Source of the DNA: Clostridia bacterium
GTDB taxonomy: Bacteria > Bacillota > Clostridia > TANB77 > CAG-465
Direction: 5' to 3'
Length of the DNA: 16,747 nucleotides
NCBI GenBank assembly: GCA_045536565.1
Contig: JAZSNU010000022.1
Span: 1 to 16,747, forward strand
Part shown: in pieces, positions 9,073 to 16,747 of the stretch
Layout: each line of letters opens with the position of its first letter
Numbering within the stretch: position 1 is the stretch's first letter
Notes under the pieces: model-generated
Told to the model about the DNA's origin: nothing
The model's database searches: none
Seen by the model: the letters and a program-made list of their open reading frames with translations, nothing else
Made by a program: the position numbers and the translations under genes

Positions 9073-10079
9073 TGGAAATATTAGTAGATATAAATGGTTC
9101 AGATAATGGTATAGAACCTGCTATTAAAGGAAGTATAAGTGCAATCGACAAAATAGATGCTAAAATAACATTAGTTGGTGATGAGGATAGGATAAAAGAA
9201 AGTATAAATAAAATATATGGAGAAAATAAAGGTACTGACCTTTTAAAAAAAGTAAATATACTAGATGCAAAGGATGTTATAACTAACAACGACGAGCCAG
9301 CATTTGCTATAAAAAATAAAAAAGAATCTAGCATTGTAAAGGCATATGATTACATGAAAGAAAAAGAGGATACTGTTTTTCTTTCCGCTGGTAGTACTGG
9401 TGCCATAATGGCAGGTGGCTTGCTTAAATTAAAAAGAATTAAGGGAGTTCATAGACCAGCATTAATTACAATTCTTCCAACAGACGATGGAAGAGGAACT
9501 ATTTTACTTGATTGTGGTGCTAATGTAGATGCAGCAACTGTATCAATGCTTCAATATGCAAAAATGGGTAAAATATATGCATCTCTTGTTCAAGGTAAAG
9601 AAGATGTAAAGATAGCACTTTTAAATATTGGTGCAGAAAATGAGAAAGGCTCACAAGAATTAAAAGATGCAAATAAAGAACTCACTGAGAAGTTTCCAGA
9701 ATTTGTTGGAAATATAGAGGCAAGATATATATTATCTGGAAAAGCGGATGTAGTTGTTGCTCCTGGACTTATGGGAAATGTGGCGTTAAAAGCGTTAGAA
9801 GGTACTGCAAAAACAATGAAGAATGCCTTAGTTAAAGAAATGAAGAAAAATATATTTAATATAATAAAAGCAGCTATATGCAAAAGCATGATTGAAAAAG
9901 CGTTATATAAATATGATTACACAAAATATGGCGGAGCAGTACTTTTAGGGGTTAGGAAACCAGTTATTAAGATTCATGGAAACGCAAAAGCGAATAACTA
10001 TGAAACAGCTATTTATCAGGCAGATAAAATATTAAAAAATAATTTAATAAAAGAAATAGCAGATAATATTGAAGAATAG
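9069..10079 (+). CDS. plsX: Phosphate acyltransferase PlsX
   Basis: SAGSTGA, RIKGVHRPAL, LLDCGAN, LLNIG.E..KG, GNVALK, YGGA.LLG motifs; ATGA overlap with fapR stop. Confidence 0.96.
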   Translation: MMEILVDINGSDNGIEPAIKGSISAIDKIDAKITLVGDEDRIKESINKIYGENKGTDLLKKVNILDAKDVITNNDEPAFAIKNKKESSIVKAYDYMKEKEDTVFLSAGSTGAIMAGGLLKLKRIKGVHRPALITILPTDDGRGTILLDCGANVDAATVSMLQYAKMGKIYASLVQGKEDVKIALLNIGAENEKGSQELKDANKELTEKFPEFVGNIEARYILSGKADVVVAPGLMGNVALKALEGTAKTMKNALVKEMKKNIFNIIKAAICKSMIEKALYKYDYTKYGGAVLLGVRKPVIKIHGNAKANNYETAIYQADKILKNNLIKEIADNIEE

Positions 10080-10131
10080 CAATCTGCTCGGAATAAATTT
10101 AAAAAAGTGATAATAAAATACATTATAGGTA

Positions 10132-10160
10132 TTGACAATGGTTATAAAATAGTAGATAAT
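10132..10160 (+). promoter_or_regulatory. sigma-A promoter for acpP
   Basis: TTGACA(10132-10137)-17 nt-GATAAT(10155-10160). Confidence 0.65.
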
Positions 10161-10201
10161 ACACATATAAAGTTTAACTACATAAGTAGGGGGTGAATAA
10201 A

Positions 10202-10438
10202 GTGGAAGGTGTTTTCGAAAAAGTAAGAGAAGTTATATCTGAGCAACTAGGTGTTGAAGATGTTGAAATAATAACAATGGATACCACATTTATTGATGAT
10301 TTAGGAGCAGATTCACTAGATATAGTTGAATTAATAATGGCGTTAGAAGAAGAATTTGATATTGAAATTCCAGAGGCTGATGCAGAAAAAATTTCAACAG
10401 TAGGTGATGTTGTTGAGTATATAAAGGCAAATGTTTAA
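10202..10438 (+). CDS. acpP: Acyl carrier protein
   Basis: [24 protein letters not shown] phosphopantetheine motif; start likely GTG 10202 behind SD AGGGGGTG. Confidence 0.98.
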   Translation: MEGVFEKVREVISEQLGVEDVEIITMDTTFIDDLGADSLDIVELIMALEEEFDIEIPEADAEKISTVGDVVEYIKANV

Positions 10439-10453
10439 GTTTAGCCTATTTGT

Positions 10454-10492
10454 AAAACTAGCGTATAGATTAAATCTATATGCTAGTTTTTT
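10454..10492 (+). terminator. Intrinsic terminator after acpP
   Basis: AAAACTAGCGTATAGAT/ATCTATATGCTAGTTTT 17-bp stem (one G-U) ending in T-run. Confidence 0.9.
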
Positions 10493-10493
10493 G

Positions 10494-10522
10494 TTGACAT
10501 TGTGCACTATTAGATGTATAAT
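10494..10522 (+). promoter_or_regulatory. Consensus sigma-A promoter
   Basis: TTGACA(10494-10499)-17 nt-TATAAT(10517-10522). Confidence 0.8.
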
Positions 10523-10625
10523 ATGAAACCGTAAAACAAAAAATACTATTTTTATTAAAAGAGTAAAAACACAAGTTATAAATATAACCATATATAAAAT
10601 ATTAACAAAGAAAGGAATGTTGTAT

Positions 10626-10823
10626 ATGCTGATGTTTTGCATAATGTCTATATTGGATATTGTAGCATTGGTTGTAGTAAGTAATTTTAAGAATTTCTTT
10701 CGGAAGAAAGAAATAAGTACAGATACGCTAGAAAAAATTAAAATAGCATTATCTATATTTACACTTTTTTTATTGTTGTTTTTTGTTGGCATAGTAGAAA
10801 AGTGTAATGGGGTATTGTGTTAA
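10626..10823 (+). CDS. Small membrane protein (65 aa, 2 TM helices with basic linker)
   Basis: SD GAAAGGA is 9 nt before ATG 10626 (ATG 10617 abuts the SD); upstream promoter and downstream terminator. Confidence 0.7.
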   Translation: MLMFCIMSILDIVALVVVSNFKNFFRKKEISTDTLEKIKIALSIFTLFLLLFFVGIVEKCNGVLC

Positions 10824-10847
10824 AAGAGCTTTATAAGGCTCTTTTTT
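10822..10847 (+). terminator. Intrinsic terminator
   Basis: AAAAGAGCTT-TATA-AGGCTCTTTT followed by TT. Confidence 0.85.
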
Positions 10848-10869
10848 CATTTGTATACAGGTGTTTTAG

Positions 10870-10898
10870 TTGAAACATACATATTGGTGTGGTAAAAT
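10870..10898 (+). promoter_or_regulatory. sigma-A promoter for rnc
   Basis: TTGAAA(10870-10875)-17 nt-TAAAAT(10893-10898) with extended TG. Confidence 0.75.
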
Positions 10899-10929
10899 TA
10901 TATATATAATATAATCAGGGAGAAATGTA

Positions 10930-11625
10930 ATGATAAATATAGAAAAAATGGAAATGAGAATAGGCTACACATTTAAAAATAAGAAGTTTGCACAAATGGC
11001 ACTTACTCATAAGTCGTATGCACATGATAAAGGAGATAAATCTCTTGATGCATATAATGAAAGAGTTGAGTTTTTAGGTGATGCAGTTTTAGAATTTGTT
11101 ATATCAAAAGAACTATATAATAGATTACCAAATGTAAAAGAAGGAGAACTTACTAAAAAGAGAGCAAGGATTGTATGCGAAAAGTCTTTATGCGATGTTG
11201 TTGTAAAGTATGACCTATCTAGTTGCTTAATGTTAGGGAATTGTGAATTAAAAATGAAAAACAATAAAAAAGATGCAATGCTAGCAGATATGTTCGAAGC
11301 AATACTTGGAGCTATATATTTAGATGGTGGATTAGAAGTAGCAGAAAAAATATGTTTAGAAATGCTAGACGAAACAATCACCAATGTTATAACAAACGAT
11401 AACCTAAATGATGATTGTAAAACAAGATTGCAAGAAGAAGTCCAAAAGAGTAAAAACACAAGTATAGAATATGTTTTGGTTAGAGAAGAAGGACCAGCAC
11501 ATAACAAAGATTTCTATGTTGAAGTGTATGTAAATGGTAAAAAAATGGGAGAAGGAAATGGTAAATCTAAAAAAGAAGCACAGCAAAAAGCAGCAAAACA
11601 AGCGTATGAAAATATACAAAATTAA
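10930..11625 (+). CDS. rnc: Ribonuclease III
   Basis: ALTHKS, NERVEFLGDAVL signature, AD.FEA.LGAIYLDGG, dsRBD with GPAH and G.SKKEAQQ.AA. Confidence 0.98.
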   Translation: MINIEKMEMRIGYTFKNKKFAQMALTHKSYAHDKGDKSLDAYNERVEFLGDAVLEFVISKELYNRLPNVKEGELTKKRARIVCEKSLCDVVVKYDLSSCLMLGNCELKMKNNKKDAMLADMFEAILGAIYLDGGLEVAEKICLEMLDETITNVITNDNLNDDCKTRLQEEVQKSKNTSIEYVLVREEGPAHNKDFYVEVYVNGKKMGEGNGKSKKEAQQKAAKQAYENIQN

Positions 11626-12673
11626 GATAAATGCTCATAAAGAATTAGGATTAGATATAAAAAAGGAGAATAAGATAACAATTCCAATATTTATTCCCCA
11701 TGTGGGATGTAATAATGAATGCGTATTTTGCAATCAAAGAAGAATAAGTGGGCAAGCAAAACCGGTGTATCCATCAGATGTAAAAAAACAAATAGAAGAA
11801 GCGTTCAAAAAGTACAATAAAAATAAAGAAAATATTGAAGTTGCTTTTTTCGGTGGTAGTTTTACAGGAATAGATATAAAAATGCAGGAAGAATACTTAA
11901 AGGTAGTAAAAGAATATATAGATAATGGTAAAGTAAGGAGTATTAGAATTTCAACTAGACCAGATTATATTACTCAGAGAATTTTAAATCTACTAAAAAA
12001 ATATAATGTACACATAATAGAACTTGGTGTTCAATCTATGGATGATGAGGTTTTATTAAATTCTAAAAGAGGACATACAGCAGAGGATGTAAAAAATGCA
12101 TCTATACTAATAAAGCAAAACGGATTTGTCTTAGGACATCAACTTATGTGTGGCCTCCCTACTAGTACATATGAAAAAGAATTAAAAAGCATAAAGGCTA
12201 GTTTAGATTTAAAACCGGATTTGATTAGAATATATCCAGTTTATGTGTTAGAGGATAGTGAACTTTATGATATGTATAAAACAAAAAAATATAAACCATT
12301 GGAATTAGAAGAAGCAATAAATAGAGCAACAATGATGTTTGAAGAATGTGTAAAAAGAAATGTAAATGTAATTAGGGTAGGACTTCAAACAACAGAGGAA
12401 ATATCACAAAACAATAGTAGAATTATAGGTCCAGTATGTGATAATTATAGAGAAAGAATATTATCAAAAATAGCACTAAAATTTGTTGAGAAAAAGTTAG
12501 ATAAAAAAAGTATAGATAAAAAAATAGAAAAGAATAAGCAAAAGAAAATAGTAACAACATTAGAGTTACATGTACCAAGTTCACAAGTAAATTATGTAAT
12601 TGGGAATAATAAGAGTAATAAAAAATATTTAGAAGAAAAAGATGTTTGCTATATTAAAATCAAACAAAAATAA
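11606..12673 (+). CDS. Radical SAM protein (Elp3/YhcC-like, rnc-associated in Clostridia)
   Basis: IPIFIPH.GCNNECVFCNQ (CxxxCxxC), FFGGSFT, STRPD, IELGVQS, RIYP motifs. Start is uncertain (ATG 11606 or ATA 11657/11675). Confidence 0.92.
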   Translation: MKIYKIKINAHKELGLDIKKENKITIPIFIPHVGCNNECVFCNQRRISGQAKPVYPSDVKKQIEEAFKKYNKNKENIEVAFFGGSFTGIDIKMQEEYLKVVKEYIDNGKVRSIRISTRPDYITQRILNLLKKYNVHIIELGVQSMDDEVLLNSKRGHTAEDVKNASILIKQNGFVLGHQLMCGLPTSTYEKELKSIKASLDLKPDLIRIYPVYVLEDSELYDMYKTKKYKPLELEEAINRATMMFEECVKRNVNVIRVGLQTTEEISQNNSRIIGPVCDNYRERILSKIALKFVEKKLDKKSIDKKIEKNKQKKIVTTLELHVPSSQVNYVIGNNKSNKKYLEEKDVCYIKIKQK

Positions 12674-12675
12674 TT

Positions 12676-12733
12676 GTTATAAATTATTTTAAAATACTCA
12701 TACTAATGATAAAACATTGGAGATGAGTATTTT
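12676..12733 (+). promoter_or_regulatory. Candidate sporulation-sigma (E/G-type) promoter within RBS-occluding, terminator-like hairpin
   Basis: GTTATA-17 nt-CATACTA(12699-12705); inverted repeat AAAATACTCAT(12691-12701)/ATGAGTATTTT(12723-12733). Confidence 0.55.
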
Positions 12734-12735
12734 TT

Positions 12736-13581
12736 ATGAACAATTTTAAACAACTAATATATATAACATTAGGTTCATTTATAGCTGCTCTTGCTATTAA
12801 CATATTTTTTGTGCCTAATAATATATCTAGTGGTGGGGCAAGTGGTGTAGGCATAATTTTAAATCACTTGTTTGAGTTCCCAGTAGGAACAACTGTAATA
12901 ATATTAAATCTACCACTTTTTGTTATAGCAATATTAAAACTTGGTTTTAGATTCACATCAAAAGCAATTCTAGGAACATCCTTATTATCTTTATTTATTG
13001 ATTTGACCTCAAATGTAAATAATATAGAACTATTTAGATTAAGTAATGATTTTATACTTAGCAGTATATTTGGAGGACTTCTTATGGGACTAGGCTTATC
13101 ATTAGTGTTTAGAGGAAAATCTAGTACCGGTGGTTCGGAACTTTTGGCACAGATTGTATATAAATATAGACCTATAATAAGCATGAGCCAACTAATGCTA
13201 TATATAGACGCGTCCATTATAATAGCAACAGTAATTACATTTAAAAGTTTAAGTGTAGGACTATATTCTCTTATAGCAATATTTGTTTCTAAAAAAACTA
13301 TCGATATTGTTTTTGAAGGTGTAAACTATACCAAAATTATCAATATTATAACTAAAAAGGAAGAAAGAATATCCAAAAGAATAATCAGTGAAGTAGAAAG
13401 AGGAGCAACAGCTATCAAATGTATAGGTGAATTTACAAAAGATGAGTATGTTAAAATAGAGTGTGTTGCAACAATAACTCAAATATATAAAATAAAGGAA
13501 ATCGTAAGACAAGAGGATACAGAGGCTTTCATGTATATAGCACCTGCTAGTGAAGTGTTAGGATATGGATTTAAAAGATAG
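12736..13581 (+). CDS. YitT family membrane protein (with C-terminal DUF2179-type domain)
   Basis: F.VPNNI.SGGASG, LNLPLF, GGLL.G.GL.LVF....STGG motifs, RGAT and EV.GYGF C-terminus. Confidence 0.93.
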   Translation: MNNFKQLIYITLGSFIAALAINIFFVPNNISSGGASGVGIILNHLFEFPVGTTVIILNLPLFVIAILKLGFRFTSKAILGTSLLSLFIDLTSNVNNIELFRLSNDFILSSIFGGLLMGLGLSLVFRGKSSTGGSELLAQIVYKYRPIISMSQLMLYIDASIIIATVITFKSLSVGLYSLIAIFVSKKTIDIVFEGVNYTKIINIITKKEERISKRIISEVERGATAIKCIGEFTKDEYVKIECVATITQIYKIKEIVRQEDTEAFMYIAPASEVLGYGFKR

Positions 13582-13612
13582 ATATAATATATAATATTAT
13601 GGTGTAAGCTAA

Positions 13613-13641
13613 TTGCAAATAGTGAAAAAATATAATATAAT
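13613..13641 (+). promoter_or_regulatory. sigma-A promoter for tkt-tkt-rarA
   Basis: TTGCAA(13613-13618)-17 nt-TATAAT(13636-13641). Confidence 0.75.
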
Positions 13642-13669
13642 TCATATATAAGATGTAGAGGTGGATATT

Positions 13670-14470
13670 GTGGAAAACTTAATAAAAAAATGCAAGGAAA
13701 CAAGAAAAGATATAATAGAAATGGTATATGCATCTGGTTCTGGGCATCCAGGTGGTAGTTTATCATGTGTAGAACTTTTAGTTTCGTTATATCATAATAT
13801 AATGAATTTAGATTTAGATGAAAATGGAAAAAGAATAGATAAATTTATACTATCAAAAGGACATGCAGCACCCACATATTATTCAGTTTTAGCACAAAAG
13901 GGATATATCGAAAAAAAAGAATTATTACACCTTAGAAAAATAGATGGTAATTTAGAAGGACATCCTAGTATAAAAATAAATGGCGTGGATGTATCAAGTG
14001 GCTCATTAGGACAGGGATTATCTATTGCAAATGGAATGGCATTAGCAAAGAAACTAGATAAAAAGTCAGGCTATGTATATTGTTTAATGGGAGACGGAGA
14101 AATAGAAGAAGGACAAGTTTGGGAAGCAGCTATGACAGCAGCTCAATATAACTTGGATAATTTAATTGCGTTTGTCGATTATAACGGACTTCAAATAGAT
14201 GGGAAACTAACAGAGGTAACTACACCTGAACCAATAGATAAAAAGTTTGAAGCGTTTGGATTTAATGTACAAATTATAGACGGACACGATATTAAGCAAA
14301 TAATAGATACTGTAAATGAAATAAAAGGAAATAAAAATGACAAGCCAAGTGCAGTTATATTAAAAACTATAAAAGGTAAAGGGGTATCTTTTATGGAAAA
14401 CGATTTTAATTACCATGGAAAAAAACTAACGGAAGAAGAATATATAAATGCAATGGAAGAACTAAAATAA
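13670..14470 (+). CDS. tkt: Transketolase, N-terminal (TPP-binding) subunit
   Basis: SGHPGGSLS, LSKGHA, GSLGQG, GDGE..EG..WEA..N motifs; start likely GTG 13670 behind SD GAGGTG. Confidence 0.96.
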   Translation: MENLIKKCKETRKDIIEMVYASGSGHPGGSLSCVELLVSLYHNIMNLDLDENGKRIDKFILSKGHAAPTYYSVLAQKGYIEKKELLHLRKIDGNLEGHPSIKINGVDVSSGSLGQGLSIANGMALAKKLDKKSGYVYCLMGDGEIEEGQVWEAAMTAAQYNLDNLIAFVDYNGLQIDGKLTEVTTPEPIDKKFEAFGFNVQIIDGHDIKQIIDTVNEIKGNKNDKPSAVILKTIKGKGVSFMENDFNYHGKKLTEEEYINAMEELK

Positions 14471-14483
14471 AGGAGGGATATAA

Positions 14484-15410
14484 ATGAAGTCTACTAGAAA
14501 ATCTTATGGTGAAGCATTAGTAAATATAGGTAAAGAAGATAAGGATGTTGTGGTTTTAGATGCAGATCTTGCGCATGCAACACAAACATTGTTATTTAAA
14601 AATGAATTTCCTGAAAGACATATTAATGTAGGAATAGCAGAGCAAGATTTGGTTGGAACAGCATGCGGACTAGCACTTTCAGGTAAAAAAGTGTATTTAT
14701 CATCTTTTGCAATGTTCTTAGCAGGTAGAGCATATGAACAAATAAGAAATACAGCGGCTTATTCAAATATCCCTATTAAATTATGTGCAACACATTCTGG
14801 TCTTTCGGTTGGGGAAGATGGGGCAACACATCAAATGCTTGAAGATATATCACTTATGAGAACAATACCTAATATGGTAGTTTTATCACCAGCAGATGAA
14901 GTAAGTACAAAATATTTAATAAATAGTATAAAAGATTATGATAAAAGCCCAGTATATGTAAGACTTGGAAGATGTGATGTGCCTGAGATATATAAAGAGG
15001 GAGAAATATTTAAAATAGGAGAATCTAAAACTTTTGGAAATGGAACAAAAGCAACTATTTTTGCTACTGGGTACACACTTCATATTGCTATTGAAGCAAT
15101 GCAAATATTAAAAGAAAAAGGTGTAGATGTAAGAGTTGTAGATATATATAGTATAAAGCCAATAGATAGAGAAACTATTATTAAATGTGCAAAAGAAACA
15201 GATAAATTAATTACAATAGAAGACCATAGTATAATAAGTGGAATTGGTAGTGCCGTTTGTGAAGTTTTAGCAGATGAATATCCAAAGAAAGTAACAAGAA
15301 TTGGTGTAAATGATACTTTTGGAAAATCAGGCTCAGTTAAAGAACTAATGAATATGTATAAAATTACAAAGGAGCATATTATAGAGGAAGTATTAAAGAA
15401 AGAGGAATAG
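14484..15410 (+). CDS. tkt: Transketolase, C-terminal (pyrimidine-binding/C) subunit
   Basis: GIAEQ, GEDGATHQ, EDH...G.GS, FG.SG motifs; SD AAGGAGG. Confidence 0.96.
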   Translation: MKSTRKSYGEALVNIGKEDKDVVVLDADLAHATQTLLFKNEFPERHINVGIAEQDLVGTACGLALSGKKVYLSSFAMFLAGRAYEQIRNTAAYSNIPIKLCATHSGLSVGEDGATHQMLEDISLMRTIPNMVVLSPADEVSTKYLINSIKDYDKSPVYVRLGRCDVPEIYKEGEIFKIGESKTFGNGTKATIFATGYTLHIAIEAMQILKEKGVDVRVVDIYSIKPIDRETIIKCAKETDKLITIEDHSIISGIGSAVCEVLADEYPKKVTRIGVNDTFGKSGSVKELMNMYKITKEHIIEEVLKKEE

Positions 15411-15413
15411 TAA

Positions 15414-16673
15414 ATGGACAAACCGTTAGCATATAGAATGAGGCCTACAAAATTAGAGGATTTTTATGGGCAAGAACATATAGTAGGAAAGGACAAGCTA
15501 TTATATAGACTTATAAAAGCAGATAGGCTTACATCAGTTATATTGTGGGGACCACCAGGGTGTGGGAAAACATCACTTGCGTATGTTATTTCTAAAACAA
15601 CTAAATATAGATACATAGAACTTAATGCAACAAGTTCCGGGGTTAGTGATATAAAGAAGATAGGAGAAGAGATAGATAATGCATTTTTAACACCAGGGGG
15701 AAAAGCAATAGTTTTTATTGATGAAATACATAGATTTAATAAGTTGCAGCAAGATGCGTTACTGCCGTATGTAGAAAAAGGAAAGATAATTTTAATAGGG
15801 GCAACAACTGAAAATCCATATTTTGAGGTGAACAAAGCGTTAGTATCTAGATCAACGGTACTTAAACTTTCGTCTCTTACAGAGCAAGATATATTTAAAA
15901 TATTAAAAAAGGCCCTTACTAATAAAGAGGAGGGCTTGGGAAAATACCAAGTAAATATTTCAGATGATACATTAATGTTTTTAAGTAATAAGTCAGGTGG
16001 AGATGTAAGAACAGCCTTGAATAGTTTAGAACTTGCAGTAATTACATCTGAGATGGACATTGACGGAAGTGTAACTATAACGGATGAGATAGTGGAAGAA
16101 TGTATGCAAAAAAGAAAAATAATGTATGATAAATCATCTGAGGCTCACTATGATAATATTAGTGCATTTATAAAGTCTATGAGAGGAAGCGACCCTAATG
16201 CAACACTGTTATACATGGCAAGAATGCTAGAAGCAGGAGAAGATCCTCTATTTATAGCAAGGAGAATTGTTATATGTGCAGCAGAGGATGTTGGACTGGC
16301 AAATCCAGAGGCTTTGGTTGTTGCAAATGCAGCAATGCAAGCAGTACATCAAATAGGAATGCCAGAGGCGAGAATTATCTTATCTGAGGCAGCGCTTATA
16401 GTAGCATGTAGTAGAAAGTCAAATAGTGCATATATGGGTATAAATAGCGCTATAGAATCTGTTAAAACCGAGGACACAGGTGATGTACCTATGCATATTA
16501 GGAATGCACCTATAGAAGAAATGAGGAAACATGGATATAACAATGGATATAAATATCCACATGATTTTGAAGGTGGATATGTAGAGCAACAATATATGCC
16601 AGATGGTATGACAGATAGAGTATATTTTAATCCTAAAAAGTGGGAGAAGTATTATGAGGAAAAAAACAGATAA
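15414..16673 (+). CDS. rarA: Replication-associated recombination protein A (AAA+ ATPase, MgsA/RarA)
   Basis: PLA.RMRP, GPPGCGKT, DEIHRFNK.QQD, ATTENP, ISAFIKS.RGSD, EDVGLA, YKYPH motifs. Confidence 0.97.
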   Translation: MDKPLAYRMRPTKLEDFYGQEHIVGKDKLLYRLIKADRLTSVILWGPPGCGKTSLAYVISKTTKYRYIELNATSSGVSDIKKIGEEIDNAFLTPGGKAIVFIDEIHRFNKLQQDALLPYVEKGKIILIGATTENPYFEVNKALVSRSTVLKLSSLTEQDIFKILKKALTNKEEGLGKYQVNISDDTLMFLSNKSGGDVRTALNSLELAVITSEMDIDGSVTITDEIVEECMQKRKIMYDKSSEAHYDNISAFIKSMRGSDPNATLLYMARMLEAGEDPLFIARRIVICAAEDVGLANPEALVVANAAMQAVHQIGMPEARIILSEAALIVACSRKSNSAYMGINSAIESVKTEDTGDVPMHIRNAPIEEMRKHGYNNGYKYPHDFEGGYVEQQYMPDGMTDRVYFNPKKWEKYYEEKNR

Positions 16674-16747
16674 TAAAGAAGAAGTTCAGGAAATAAAAGA
16701 AAAAAGAAGAAAGCAAGCAAAGGAAAATAAAGACTTAAACAAAGGTG
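16654..16747 (+). CDS. 5' fragment of an unidentified CDS (runs off window)
   Basis: SD GGGAG(16642-16646), ATG 16654, frame open to window end: MRKKTDNKEEVQEIKEKRRKQAKENKDLNKG; overlaps rarA by 20 nt. Confidence 0.65.
   Translation, partial: MRKKTDNKEEVQEIKEKRRKQAKENKDLNKG

Noticed and set aside
10523-10534. Mini-ORF ATG AAA CCG TAA as a leader peptide
   Set aside because: The ATG directly abuts the -10 box, upstream of the expected TSS.
10394-10792. 132-aa minus-strand ORF
   Set aside because: Crosses the acpP end, a terminator and a promoter; the + strand ORF has SD, promoter and terminator support.
13581-13650. Repeated TATAAT/ATATA words as a repeat array or CRISPR
   Set aside because: Low-complexity AT sequence with no repeat-spacer periodicity; one copy is simply the tkt -10.

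Overview
AT-rich window from a low-GC Clostridia-like Bacillota genome. The taxonomy is inferred from gene order, sigma-A promoters and the 13-aa S12 insertion. Content is mostly housekeeping and almost all on the + strand: the end of an rRNA operon (3' part of 5S rRNA, tRNA-Asn, terminator), an acyltransferase-3 gene, and a free-standing str operon (rpsL-rpsG-fusA-tuf). Next comes a block of orphan membrane proteins plus a glycerophosphodiester phosphodiesterase, then fapR-plsX-acpP with no fab genes, a small membrane ORF, rnc, a radical SAM gene, a YitT gene, split transketolase, rarA and the start of a further CDS missed by the ORF track. I found no mobile element, CRISPR array or defence system, and I cannot claim a clearly novel system. 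Best leads: (i) a possible lipid-scavenging locus with an altered FapR ligand pocket; (ii) sporulation-sigma-like promoters, one inside an RBS-occluding hairpin; (iii) a switch-like RNA element between rpsL and rpsG; (iv) a duplicated bidirectional terminator bracketing a two-gene block; (v) self-contained orphan membrane-protein cassettes with perfect promoters. All analysis was by eye, with no searches or folding run.
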